DNA of 64,000 nucleotides from positions 16,503 through 80,502 of the forward strand of contig JAJXUD010000012.1 of NCBI GenBank assembly GCA_021783235.1, written 5' to 3'. This document shows positions 1 through 8,348 of the stretch, one piece after another; positions within the stretch are counted from its first letter, which is position 1; each line of letters starts with the position of its first letter. The translations under genes and the position numbers were made by a program. A model generated the notes under the pieces. It saw only the letters and a list, made by a program, of their open reading frames with translations, did no database searches and was not told the DNA's origin. This DNA is from Myxococcales bacterium (GTDB lineage: Bacteria; Myxococcota; Myxococcia; Myxococcales; JAKAPL01).

Positions 1-2
1 CC

Positions 3-1451
3 TCACAGACGCTCCTCGACCTCGCGAAGCTGCTCGCGCTGCCGAGCCTCCACTTCCCGGCGGCCAACTTCCACGACTACTTCCTCGGCCGCCTGAAGGC
101 GATCGTCGAGCCCGGCGCGGCCCCGGGCGGCGACGTCACCCCGGCGCAGCGGGCGGCCCTGGAGCGGGGAGTCGTCGTCTCTCCCGCGCCGCCGCCGGTC
201 CAGCCGACGCTGAAGACCGAGCGGCTGCGCCGCTTCGAGCTCTCCCCGGCGCCGCCGGCGGCGCTCGCCCTCGTCCCCTTTCCGACGGCGTTGCGCCAGG
301 ACGGGCGGAACGCCGAGCTGCCCTGGCTGCGCGAGATCCCCGACCCGACGAGCTCCATCGCCTGGAGTCCCTGGGTCGAGCTGTCGCCCGGGACGGCGGC
401 GCGGCTCGGCCTCGAGACGGGCGACGTCGTCTCGCTCTCGACCGAGCGCGGCTCCGCCGAGCTGCCCGCCTACGTCTACCCGGGGCTGCGGGACGACGTC
501 GCCGCCGTCCCGCTCGGCACGCCCGAGCTCCTGCGGATCCAGCCCGTGGCGCTCGACCCCGACTCGGGCGCCCTCGCCTTCGTCGGCGCCGGCGTGACCC
601 TTCGCAAGACCGGGCGGACGGTCGACCTGCCGCGCCTCTCGACGGTGCCCGAGCCGGAGCCCGGCGGCGTCCTGCAGTGGGTCTCGGCCGCCTCGCCAGA
701 GGCCGAGCGACCGCCGCCGGCCGAGGCCATGTACCCGCGGCCGGAGGCGAAGGAGCACCGCTGGGCCATGGTCATCGACCTCGACCGCTGCACCGGCTGC
801 CAGGCCTGCGTGGTCGCCTGCTACGCCGAGAACAACGTGCCCGTCGTGGGCCCGGAGCTCGTGACCCAGGGGCGCAGCATGGCCTGGCTGCGCATCGAGC
901 GCTACTTCGACCCGCGCGCGCCCGGCGGCCCGGGGATGGATTTCCTCCCCATGCTCTGCCAGCAGTGCGACAGCGCGCCCTGCGAGCCCGTCTGCCCCGT
1001 CTACGCGACCTACCACAACCCCGAGGGGCTCAACGCGCAGGTCTACAACCGCTGCGTCGGCACCCGCTACTGCTCGAACAACTGCCCCTACAAGGTCCGG
1101 ACGTTCAACTACCTCGACCCCTCCTTCCCCGACCCGCTGAACCTCCAGCTCAACCCCGACGTGACCGTCCGCTCCAAGGGCGTGATGGAGAAGTGCACCT
1201 TCTGCGTGCAGCGGATCCGCGCGGCCGAGAACGTGGCCCGCGACGAGCGGCGCCCGGTCCGCGACGGCGAGGTCGTCAGCGCCTGCGCCCAATCCTGCCC
1301 CTCCCGCGCCATCGTCTTCGGCGACGCGCTCGATCCCGCCTCGCGGGTCCACGCCCTGCGCAAAGACCCGCGCGGCTACCGGGCGCTCGAGGATCTGAAC
1401 ACGGGGCCCGCCGTCACCTACCTCGCGCGCGTCCGGGAGCCCGAAGCATGA
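3..1451 (+). CDS. actB: Alternative Complex III subunit ActB (molybdopterin-like plus 4Fe-4S ferredoxin domains), 5' end cut by the window edge
   Basis: The frame is open from nt 3. The product aligns with the C-terminal half of the full-length paralog at 40115-42991. Ferredoxin Cys clusters are present (CTGCQACVVAC, CQQCDSAPCEPVCP, CVGTRYCSNNCP). The stop overlaps the next start as ATGA. Confidence 0.9.
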   Translation, partial: SQTLLDLAKLLALPSLHFPAANFHDYFLGRLKAIVEPGAAPGGDVTPAQRAALERGVVVSPAPPPVQPTLKTERLRRFELSPAPPAALALVPFPTALRQDGRNAELPWLREIPDPTSSIAWSPWVELSPGTAARLGLETGDVVSLSTERGSAELPAYVYPGLRDDVAAVPLGTPELLRIQPVALDPDSGALAFVGAGVTLRKTGRTVDLPRLSTVPEPEPGGVLQWVSAASPEAERPPPAEAMYPRPEAKEHRWAMVIDLDRCTGCQACVVACYAENNVPVVGPELVTQGRSMAWLRIERYFDPRAPGGPGMDFLPMLCQQCDSAPCEPVCPVYATYHNPEGLNAQVYNRCVGTRYCSNNCPYKVRTFNYLDPSFPDPLNLQLNPDVTVRSKGVMEKCTFCVQRIRAAENVARDERRPVRDGEVVSACAQSCPSRAIVFGDALDPASRVHALRKDPRGYRALEDLNTGPAVTYLARVREPEA

Positions 1452-2785
1452 GCAGCGCCGCCCAGATCCGAAGGATCCAGGAGCTCGCCGTCGGGCTGCG
1501 CGAGCGGCTCGGCCTCGGCCACCTCCTCCTCACGCTCCTCTCGCTCGCCGCCATCGCGGTCGGCAGCTACTGCTGGGCCTGGCAGATCCAGCACGGCATG
1601 GTGGGCAGCGGCCTCATGCGGCCCGTCGCCTGGGGCGTCTACATCACCGACTTCGTCTTCTGGGTCGGCATCGCCCACTCGGGCACGCTCATCAGCGCGA
1701 TCCTCTTCCTGTTCCGCGCCCGCTTCCGGACCGCCGTCTACCGCGTCGCCGAGGCGATGACCGTCTTCGGGGTCATGACCGCCGGCCTCTTCCCCATCAT
1801 CCACCTCGGGAGGCCCTGGTTCGCCTACTGGCTCTTCCCCTACCCGAACGAGCGCCGGCTCTGGGTCAACTTCCGCTCGCCGCTCCTCTGGGACGTCTTC
1901 GCCGTCTCGACCTACCTCATCATCAGCGCGACCTTCCTCTGGGTCGGCATGGTGCCGGACGCAGCGGCGCTGCGGGACGCCTCGACCGGCTGGCGGCGCC
2001 GCTTCTACGCCGCCTTCTCGGTGGGCTGGCGCGGCAGCGCCGACGAGTGGCGCCACTTCACGCGCGCCTACCTCTTCTTCGCGGCGCTGGCGACGCCGCT
2101 CGTCATCTCGGTCCACAGCGTCGTCTCCTGGGACTTCGCCGTCTCCATGCTGCCGGGCTGGCACTCGACCCTCTTCCCTCCGTACTTCGTGGCGGGGGCC
2201 ATCTTCTCGGGCGTCGCGATGGTGATCATGCTGCTCATCCCGCTGCGGCGAGCGCTGCGGCTCGAGGAGGTCGTCGCCCACCGCCACCTCGACCTGCTCT
2301 CTCGGGTGGTGCTGCTCACGAGCCTCATCGTCACCTACTCGTACCTCCTCGAGTACGCCCTGGCGCTCCACGGCAAACCGTCCGCCGAGCGCGCCACGCT
2401 GATCTACCGGGCGACCGGCGACTACGCGGCGCTCTTCTGGACCATGATCTTCTGCAACAGCCTCGCGCCGCTGCTCCTCTTCGTCCCCCGCATCCGCCGC
2501 TCCACCATCCCGCTGCTCGCCATCGCCATCGGCGTCAACGTGGGAATGTGGCTCGAGCGCTTCGTCATCATCACGAGCTCGCTCTCCCACGACCGGCTCC
2601 CCTTCGACTGGCGCGTCTATCACCCCCGGCCCATCGAGATCGGCATCACCATCGGCTCGTTCGGCTGGTTCTTCTTCTGGTTCCTCGTCTTCGTGAAGCT
2701 CCTCCCCACCATCTCGGTGGCGGAGCTCAAGGAGGAGGCAGGCCACCCGGCCGAGCCGGCGGGGATGGGGGTGGTCCATGGCTGA
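1448..2785 (+). CDS. actC: ACIII subunit ActC (NrfD/PsrC-like polytopic quinol-interacting membrane protein)
   Basis: Multi-TM protein with the NrfD-like segment WGVYITDFVFWVGIAHSGTLISAILFLFRARFR. Highly similar to the paralog at 38748-40118. ATGA coupling to actB. Confidence 0.9.
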   Translation: MSSAAQIRRIQELAVGLRERLGLGHLLLTLLSLAAIAVGSYCWAWQIQHGMVGSGLMRPVAWGVYITDFVFWVGIAHSGTLISAILFLFRARFRTAVYRVAEAMTVFGVMTAGLFPIIHLGRPWFAYWLFPYPNERRLWVNFRSPLLWDVFAVSTYLIISATFLWVGMVPDAAALRDASTGWRRRFYAAFSVGWRGSADEWRHFTRAYLFFAALATPLVISVHSVVSWDFAVSMLPGWHSTLFPPYFVAGAIFSGVAMVIMLLIPLRRALRLEEVVAHRHLDLLSRVVLLTSLIVTYSYLLEYALALHGKPSAERATLIYRATGDYAALFWTMIFCNSLAPLLLFVPRIRRSTIPLLAIAIGVNVGMWLERFVIITSSLSHDRLPFDWRVYHPRPIEIGITIGSFGWFFFWFLVFVKLLPTISVAELKEEAGHPAEPAGMGVVHG

Positions 2786-3278
2786 CTCCGCCGTGCTGGC
2801 GCTCTTCTCGGAGCCCGACCAGGCGGCGCGGGCCATCGAGGCGCTGCGAGCGGCCGGGCTAGAGGACGTCCACGCCGCCATGCCAGCGCCGTTTCCCGAC
2901 ATCCTGCGCGCGCTCGGCCAGCCGCGCAGCCGCCTCGGCGGCGGGGTCTTCCTCGGCACCGTGGTCGGGGTCGCATCCGGCTACGCGCTCTGCGTCGCCA
3001 CCTCCCTCGCCTGGCCGCTCGTCACCGGCGGCAAGCCCATCGTCTCCTGGCCGGCCTTCACGGTGATCGGCTTCGAGGTCGCCGTCTTGATCGGCGGGCT
3101 CACCACCCACGCGCTCCTCGCCTTCACCACCGCCGCGAGCCGCCTGCGCGAGCGGGCGTCCCTGCGCGACCCGCGCTTCTCGCAGGACCGGATCGGCGTG
3201 CTCGCCGGCGGCGATCCGGCGCTGGCCGAGCGGCTCCTGCGGGAGCACGGCGCCGAGGAGGTGCGACGTGTCCCGTGA
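2778..3278 (+). CDS. actD: ACIII subunit ActD (DUF3341-like membrane protein)
   Basis: Position in the act cluster. N-terminus MADSAVLALFSEPDQAARAIEALRAAG followed by two TM segments. Paralog at 38240-38758. Confidence 0.8.
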   Translation: MADSAVLALFSEPDQAARAIEALRAAGLEDVHAAMPAPFPDILRALGQPRSRLGGGVFLGTVVGVASGYALCVATSLAWPLVTGGKPIVSWPAFTVIGFEVAVLIGGLTTHALLAFTTAASRLRERASLRDPRFSQDRIGVLAGGDPALAERLLREHGAEEVRRVP

Positions 3279-3810
3279 CCACGACCGGGCCGGCCCCTCC
3301 CGCGCGCTTCGCGCGGAGCGGCTCTCGATCGGCCTGCTCGCCTTCGCCCTCGTCGCGGTCGCCTGCCGCAACGACTGGCGCACGGACATGTGGTACCAGC
3401 CCGCGATTCAGCCCCAGACGGCGCCCCCGCGCCCGGAGCCCGAGGACTCCGTTCCCCTCGGCGCCGAGCCGCCGATCGCCGATCGGGACGACGCCGAGAG
3501 CCTAAAGGATCCGGTCCCGCGCGACGCCGCCTCGGTGCGGCGCGGCGCCGCGATCTTCCACGAGCGCTGCATCTGCTGCCACGGGGCCGAGGGGTACGGG
3601 AAAGGGCCGGTGTCGCGCTTCTTCCCGCCCGCGCCGGACCTCCGCTTCCCGGCCATCGTCCAGAGGAGCGACGGCTACCTGTTCGGCACGATCACGTTCG
3701 GGGGCCGGGCCATGCCTCCCTACGTCGACGGCCTCACCCGGAACGACCGCTGGGACATCGTCAACTTCGTCCGGACGCTCCAGGGCCGGCCGCTGGAGGG
3801 GGGCCGATGA
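3268..3810 (+). CDS. actE: ACIII subunit ActE (monoheme cytochrome c)
   Basis: Single CXXCH (CICCHGAEGYG). Conserved N-terminal C-x-NDWRTDMWYQP motif shared with the paralog at 37738-38253. GTG start. Confidence 0.8.
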   Translation: MSRDHDRAGPSRALRAERLSIGLLAFALVAVACRNDWRTDMWYQPAIQPQTAPPRPEPEDSVPLGAEPPIADRDDAESLKDPVPRDAASVRRGAAIFHERCICCHGAEGYGKGPVSRFFPPAPDLRFPAIVQRSDGYLFGTITFGGRAMPPYVDGLTRNDRWDIVNFVRTLQGRPLEGGR

Positions 3811-4799
3811 CGCGTGGGATGCGCCGGCTGAGCAGCGCCGCGGTTCTCGTGGGGGCCGCCGCCCTCCTCTTCGGTTTCGTCACGGGCCGCCGCCCCCTCG
3901 TGCTCGCGCTGCTCGACGCGAGCTTCCTCTTCTGCGCCGGCGTCGCCGCCGGGGGCGTGGCGCTCTCGGCCAGCGTCCGGCTCGCCTTCGGCGGCTGGGC
4001 CGGCCCGCTCCTGCCCGCGGCCGAAGGGCTCGTCGACTTCCTGCTCCCTGCCCTGGGGCTCCTCGTCGTCTTGGTCCTCGAGGGCGCCGCCTGGAAGCCG
4101 AGGCCGCTCTCGGCCGGGCTCGCGATCCGCGATCTCGGCGGCGGCCTCCTCCTCTTCCTCGCGGCGCGCTGGTACGTGACGCGCCGGCGGCGCGGCGAGC
4201 CCATCGGCGCCCCGGCGGTGATCTACCTCCTCCTCTACGCCGCGGTCCTCTCCACCTGGGCCGTCGACCTGGTGCTCGACCTCGGCCCCTGGGCGCCGAG
4301 CACCGTCGTGCCCGCCTACTACTTCATGAGCGCGCTGCTCGCCGGGCTCGCCTGGGCCACGCTCCAGATCCTGGCGCGCGAGCGGGGCGAGGGCGACCCC
4401 GAGCTCCACCACGACGCCGGAAAGCTCGTCTTCGGCCTCGTCTGCTTCTGGGGCTACCTGCTCTTCGCGGGCTACCTGCCCGTCTGGTACGAGAACCTGC
4501 CCGACGAGACGGGCTTCCTCCTCGCCCGCTGGCACGGCGCCTTTCGGCCGCTCAGCCTGCTGACGCTCGCCGCCACCGGGCTCGTGCCCTTCGCGATCCT
4601 GCTCACCGAGTGGGCGAAGCGGCGGCGCGCCCTCCTCGCGGCCGGCACCGCCAGCGTGCTCGTCGGCGTGCTCGTGGAGTGCCTCCTCCTCGTGCTTCCG
4701 TCGCTGCCGCTCCAGGCGAGCGCCACCGGCGGCGTCCTGGGCGCGGGCGTGCTCGTGGGGAGCCTCGGGCTCGTCTTCTGGTTCGCGCCGCCGCCATGA
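3807..4799 (+). CDS. actF: ACIII subunit ActF (polytopic membrane protein, ActC-related)
   Basis: ATGA overlap with the actE stop. Multi-TM protein. Similar to the paralog at 36707-37741 (for example the YLPVWYENLPDETGFLL versus FLTIWYGNLPDETEFLV segments). Confidence 0.8.
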   Translation: MTRGMRRLSSAAVLVGAAALLFGFVTGRRPLVLALLDASFLFCAGVAAGGVALSASVRLAFGGWAGPLLPAAEGLVDFLLPALGLLVVLVLEGAAWKPRPLSAGLAIRDLGGGLLLFLAARWYVTRRRRGEPIGAPAVIYLLLYAAVLSTWAVDLVLDLGPWAPSTVVPAYYFMSALLAGLAWATLQILARERGEGDPELHHDAGKLVFGLVCFWGYLLFAGYLPVWYENLPDETGFLLARWHGAFRPLSLLTLAATGLVPFAILLTEWAKRRRALLAAGTASVLVGVLVECLLLVLPSLPLQASATGGVLGAGVLVGSLGLVFWFAPPP

Positions 4800-4872
4800 C
4801 CTGCATCAAGTTCGCGAGCGGAGAGCCGCCCTAGAGTTTCCTGCGAACCGCACTCCTCGTCGGGAGAACGCC

Positions 4873-5310
4873 ATGGCCGGCCTCATCGTGGACGACGTCA
4901 TGACCCGTCACCCGCGGACGATGTCCTCCGCCGCGACCATCCTCGCCGCCTACGAGGCGATGTCCTCCGGGAACTTCCGCCACCTGCCCGTCCTCGACGG
5001 CAAGCGGTCCATCGGCATCGTCTCCGATCGCGACATCCTGCGCCACATGCCGCCGCTCTCGCACGAGCCCAGGGACCGCGCCGCCCATGGCCAGTTCCTC
5101 CAGCGGCCCATCGCCGAGATCATGACCCAGAACCCGCTCACCGTGCTCGAGGGCTCGCCGCTCGAGGTCGTCGTCGAGCTGATGCTCGTCAACCAGGTGA
5201 GCGCCGTCCTCGTCGAGGACCAGGCCGCGACCCTGCGCGGCATCGTCACCACGGTGGACGTCGCCTCCGCGCTCCTGCGGCTCCTGCGCGGCGAGATCAG
5301 CCAGCGGTAG
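4873..5310 (+). CDS. CBS domain pair protein
   Basis: Two CBS-like motifs (VMTRHPRTM...HLPVLDG...GIVSDRDILR and IMTQNPLTV...VSAVLVED...GIVTTVDV). Confidence 0.75.
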   Translation: MAGLIVDDVMTRHPRTMSSAATILAAYEAMSSGNFRHLPVLDGKRSIGIVSDRDILRHMPPLSHEPRDRAAHGQFLQRPIAEIMTQNPLTVLEGSPLEVVVELMLVNQVSAVLVEDQAATLRGIVTTVDVASALLRLLRGEISQR

Positions 5311-5378
5311 CGCCGCGGCGCCGGAGCGGCGGCGTGAACCGCCAGGCGGGGGGAGGTCGCGCGACGGGCCGGACGAGC

Positions 5379-5975
5379 CTATGCGGCGCCAGCGGACGAG
5401 CCGGCCGTCGCCGGCGCCGGCGGATCGACGCGCAGACCCTTCGCGAAGTTTCCCCAGAAGCGGCTGTACTCCAGAATCACGTCGCAGCCCGAGGGGGGAA
5501 CCGCGACGTCCCAGCCGCGCCGCCGCCTCATGCTGCCAAACACGATCGCCGACTCGAGGCGGTGCTGCCCCGGCGCCACCGGAACGGTCACGTCGATTCC
5601 CGCCTTGAAGCCGCCGTCGTGGATGGCGGCGCCGTCGAGCAGCAGCAGCACCCGGACGTCGCCCAAGAAGAACCGTGGGGCGGGAAACGAGACGTGGATC
5701 TCGCCGCCGCCCGCTCTGCCCGCCGGAGAAGAGGCCCGATCGATGCTCGGGCTCGTCTGAACCGCGAGGCCGCGCGGCACGCCCAGAAAGAACAGCACGC
5801 CGCCGCCGAGGAGGAGAATCGTGCTTCACTGCCCCGGGAACCAGAGGCCGCTCAGCATGAGGCCGCATCCCGAGAGCAGGGCGCCATCCTTCCAGAGAGG
5901 CGCCTTCCTCTTGATGCTCAGGTAGACGGCGAACATCGTGGCGGCCGGCAACGCCACCGCGTGGAACCAGCTCAT
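5379..5975 (-). pseudogene. Putative 3-TM membrane protein reading frame interrupted by an in-frame TGA at 5826-5828. It may instead be two separate small genes.
   Basis: ATG at 5975 is preceded by AGAGGAGAGG. A 49-codon hydrophobic ORF ends at a TGA. The same frame then continues directly into the track ORF 5379-5798, whose N-terminus (STILLLGGGVLFFLGV) reads like a third TM segment. Confidence 0.35.
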
Positions 5976-6014
5976 CGGCCTCTCCTCTGACGGGCTGCCC
6001 GCCGAAGAAGAAGC

Positions 6015-6497
6015 CTACTCAAGCCGTGCCGGTGGCCGCAACCGGCCAAGCCCCCTCCGTCCTTGGGCCTCCGGCCTGTCTCGCGACGACTCGCGCGACT
6101 CCAGCGTCGGGAGGCGCCCTCCGCACGCGGAGTCGTCCTCCCGGCATGCGGAGTCGACCTCCGCGCACGCGGACTCGTCCTCCCCGCACGCGGACTCGTC
6201 CTCCCCGCACGCGGAGTCGTGCTCCCCGCATGCGGAGTCGACCTCCCCGCACGTGGAGTCGACCTCCCCGCATGCGGAGTCGACCTCCGCGCACGCGGAC
6301 TCGTGCTCCGCGCATGCGGACTCGCTCTCCCCGCACGCGGAGTCGTCCTCCCCGCATGCGGACTCGTGCTCCGCGCACGCGGAGTCGTCCTCCCCGCACG
6401 CGGACTCGACCTCCGCGCATGCGGACTCGTGCTCCGCGCGCGCGGGAACGGAGAAAAGCGGGCGGCCGATGTCAGGGAGCTCGGTCTCCTGGCCCAT
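6015..6497 (-). CDS. Candidate small acidic Cys-repeat protein (15 heptads of E-x-[DE]-S-A-C-[AG])
   Basis: ATG at 6497 begins MGQETELPDIGRPLFS, which is shared with the ORF at 13297-13569. Fifteen heptads follow. This frame terminates sensibly at 6015, whereas the plus-strand frame runs on antisense through sqr. No obvious Shine-Dalgarno sequence. Confidence 0.4.
   Translation of the reverse strand: MGQETELPDIGRPLFSVPARAEHESACAEVESACGEDDSACAEHESACGEDDSACGESESACAEHESACAEVDSACGEVDSTCGEVDSACGEHDSACGEDESACGEDESACAEVDSACREDDSACGGRLPTLESRESSRDRPEAQGRRGLGRLRPPARLE
6123..6437. repeat. Tandem repeat of 15 units of 21 bp (consensus gcaCgcggaGtcgtcctcccc), head to tail with no spacers
   Basis: Units were counted directly in the sequence. 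Several units contain the near-palindrome GCGGAGTCGACCTCCGC. The 21-bp period preserves the reading frame. Confidence 0.95.
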
Positions 6498-6634
6498 ATA
6501 CGGGAGTAGAGAGCAAGAGAAGCGAGCGGGCGCTCTCGTGGGCTTCGGGCGGTCGATGGTCGACCGGCCGGGGATCCACGGGTCCCGCGGCGCGGAGAGG
6601 AAGCGCGAGCGACCGCTCCAGACCGCGGGGTGCC
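6451..6634. repeat. Conserved ~185-bp block, copy 1 (pairs with 13523-13707)
   Basis: By-eye alignment to copy 2 shows about 15 substitutions and one 1-nt indel, with runs of 44, 26 and 22 identical nt. Both copies are in the same orientation. Confidence 0.9.
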
Positions 6635-6646
6635 GATTGGGGCCCA

Positions 6647-6667
6647 CCGCCGCCCGCGGTGCGGCGG
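6647..6667 (-). terminator. GC-rich hairpin 5 nt downstream of the sqr stop; possible intrinsic terminator without a U-tract
   Basis: CCGCCGC-ccgcggt-GCGGCGG, a 7-bp stem. There is no T-run, so this call is weak. Confidence 0.3.
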
Positions 6668-6672
6668 CCTCT

Positions 6673-7824
6673 TCAAAACCAGCGACGCAGCCAGTCCTTC
6701 TCGAAGAGCACCTTCCCCGCGTGCCACCGCCTCGCGGGTGGATGCAGCTTCACCGCGGGCAGCGGCTCGGCGTAGAAGTTTCCCTTGCCGAACCCCGCCT
6801 TGCCGTCGCCCGTCTCGACGAAGCATTCGCCCTCGCCGTCGAAGGTCGCACCCTTGCCCTTGCCGAGGATCGCCCGGGCGATGTTCGCCGCGACCACGTT
6901 CGCCTCGGCGTGGGCGAAGACCCCGGCCTTGGGCAGAGGCTTCCCCAGCTTCAGCGGGATCGAGACCGCGTCGCCGATCGCGTAGACCCCCGGGAATCGC
7001 GTCTCGAACGTCGCCCGATCGGCGGAAACCCAGCCGCTCTCCCCGCAGAGCCCCGCTTCTCGAACGACCTTGGGCGCCCGGTGGGGTGGGACGTAGGCGA
7101 GCAGGTCGTAGCCCGCCTCGGCCCCATTGGCGAAGCGAAGCTTCCGCGCGGCCGGATCGACGCTCTGGACACGATGCTCGGGGTGATAGGTGATTCCCTT
7201 GGCTTCGACCATGCCGCGCACGCCCTGGGAGACCTCGGGACCCGCCACTCCCATGGGACCCGGCTCGGCGGCGTAGAGATCGATCTTCGTCTGCTCGCGT
7301 ATCTTGCGCTTGCGGCAGTACCCCTCGACCAGCATCGCCGCCTCATAGGGCGCGGCGGGACATCTGTAGACGGGCTCCGCCGTCAGCAGAGCGATTCGAC
7401 CGCCCGAGAAGCGCTCGAGGGCCCCGTAGAGCGATCCGGCTCCGGCGAGCGTGTAGAAGTCGTGCCCCGCCTCCGAAAGCCCGGGCACGGAGGCCGCGTC
7501 GAGGTCCGCTCCCAGGGAGACGACCAGGAAGTCGCCGGCGATTGTCGTTCCGTCTACGATGACCTCTCGCCTGTCGGGCTCGATCTTCCGTATCTCGCCG
7601 CGCTTGAACTCGATCCCCTTGCGGCTCAGCCGGTCCAGCGGACGGGAGATCTTCTCGGGCGTCCGCTCGCCGACCATGAGCCAGAGGAGAGAGGGGGCGA
7701 AGAGGAAGGAAGCTTCCCGTTCGACGAGGACGACGCGGTGCTCCTTCGGCAGCTTCTTCCGAAGCGCATTGGCGGCGACGAGACCTCCGACGCCACCTCC
7801 CAGAACCAAGACGGTGCTCGCCAT
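6673..7824 (-). CDS. sqr: Sulfide:quinone oxidoreductase-like FAD-dependent pyridine nucleotide-disulfide oxidoreductase
   Basis: N-terminal Rossmann motif VLVLGGGVGGLVAA. Contains a YRCPAAPYE motif and an AIGD motif near the C-terminal third. GGAGAG lies upstream of the ATG. Confidence 0.8.
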   Translation of the reverse strand: MASTVLVLGGGVGGLVAANALRKKLPKEHRVVLVEREASFLFAPSLLWLMVGERTPEKISRPLDRLSRKGIEFKRGEIRKIEPDRREVIVDGTTIAGDFLVVSLGADLDAASVPGLSEAGHDFYTLAGAGSLYGALERFSGGRIALLTAEPVYRCPAAPYEAAMLVEGYCRKRKIREQTKIDLYAAEPGPMGVAGPEVSQGVRGMVEAKGITYHPEHRVQSVDPAARKLRFANGAEAGYDLLAYVPPHRAPKVVREAGLCGESGWVSADRATFETRFPGVYAIGDAVSIPLKLGKPLPKAGVFAHAEANVVAANIARAILGKGKGATFDGEGECFVETGDGKAGFGKGNFYAEPLPAVKLHPPARRWHAGKVLFEKDWLRRWF

Positions 7825-7832
7825 GTGCTCTC

Positions 7833-8336
7833 CTACTTTTCGACGGGAAGACCCTTGACCGCCCAGTCGGTCTGGAAGTTGTGGGGCAGGTCCAGCACCT
7901 TCACGTGGGTAAAGCCGAGCCTCTCCAGTTCGTGCAAGGCTGGACGGACGTTCGGGCAGCGCTCCCAGGGGCAGCAGCCGCAATAGATGACGATGGGTGC
8001 CTCGTGGGGCAATCCCTGCACCGCCTTCTGGAGAGCCGCCAGCCCTTCCGGCGCCGACGCCATCCCGACGTAACGGGCTCCCGGGACGTGGTTTCGGGTG
8101 AAGATGGCCTCGGGTCCGACGTGGAGGACCAGCGGCTTCGCTCCGGCGTCGCTGCCGAGCGTGCGAACCAGCTCCTCGGGCTCGATGACTTTGTCGGGAG
8201 GAGGGTCGGAAGCCAACGGAGCGGTCGGCGCAGCCTGCGCCGCGCTCTCGGGCGGAGTCGGTTTCGCGCACGCTGGCGCCACACCGACGTACGACGCGGC
8301 GATCAGAGCAAGAGAGGCGAGACGAACGCGATTCAT
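7833..8336 (-). CDS. Secreted rhodanese-like sulfurtransferase domain protein
   Basis: Signal peptide MNRVRLASLALIAASYVGVAPACA. Rhodanese-like fold with the active-site loop IVIYCGCCPWERCPN. The start could instead be 8348. Confidence 0.7.
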   Translation of the reverse strand: MNRVRLASLALIAASYVGVAPACAKPTPPESAAQAAPTAPLASDPPPDKVIEPEELVRTLGSDAGAKPLVLHVGPEAIFTRNHVPGARYVGMASAPEGLAALQKAVQGLPHEAPIVIYCGCCPWERCPNVRPALHELERLGFTHVKVLDLPHNFQTDWAVKGLPVEK

Positions 8337-8348
8337 GATCGACTCCAT

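Noticed and set aside
3-2959. Long minus-strand ORFs (3-1352, 449 aa; 1418-2959, 513 aa) opposite actB and actC
   Set aside because: Their composition is Arg/Gly/Asp/Glu-rich and low in complexity. They are antisense to genes with clear family motifs. This is a typical high-GC antisense artefact.
6123-6437. Possible CRISPR array, suggested by regularly spaced short palindromic units
   Set aside because: The units are directly abutting 21-mers with no unique spacers, and there are no cas genes. This is a simple tandem repeat.
6451-6634. Sigma-54 or sigma-70 promoter inside the conserved block (TGGCCCATATACGG on the plus strand; TTGCTC…TATATG on the minus strand)
   Set aside because: The spacing and the hexamers do not fit TGGCAC-N5-TTGC or a 17-bp-spaced -35/-10 pair. 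A promoter cannot be supported by eye.
5938-7986. 682-aa plus-strand ORF reading the tandem repeat as HAESSSP heptads and continuing onward
   Set aside because: It runs entirely antisense through the well-supported sqr gene. It has no sensible end or domain content. The 1-nt indel between the two copies of the conserved block breaks this frame's conservation.
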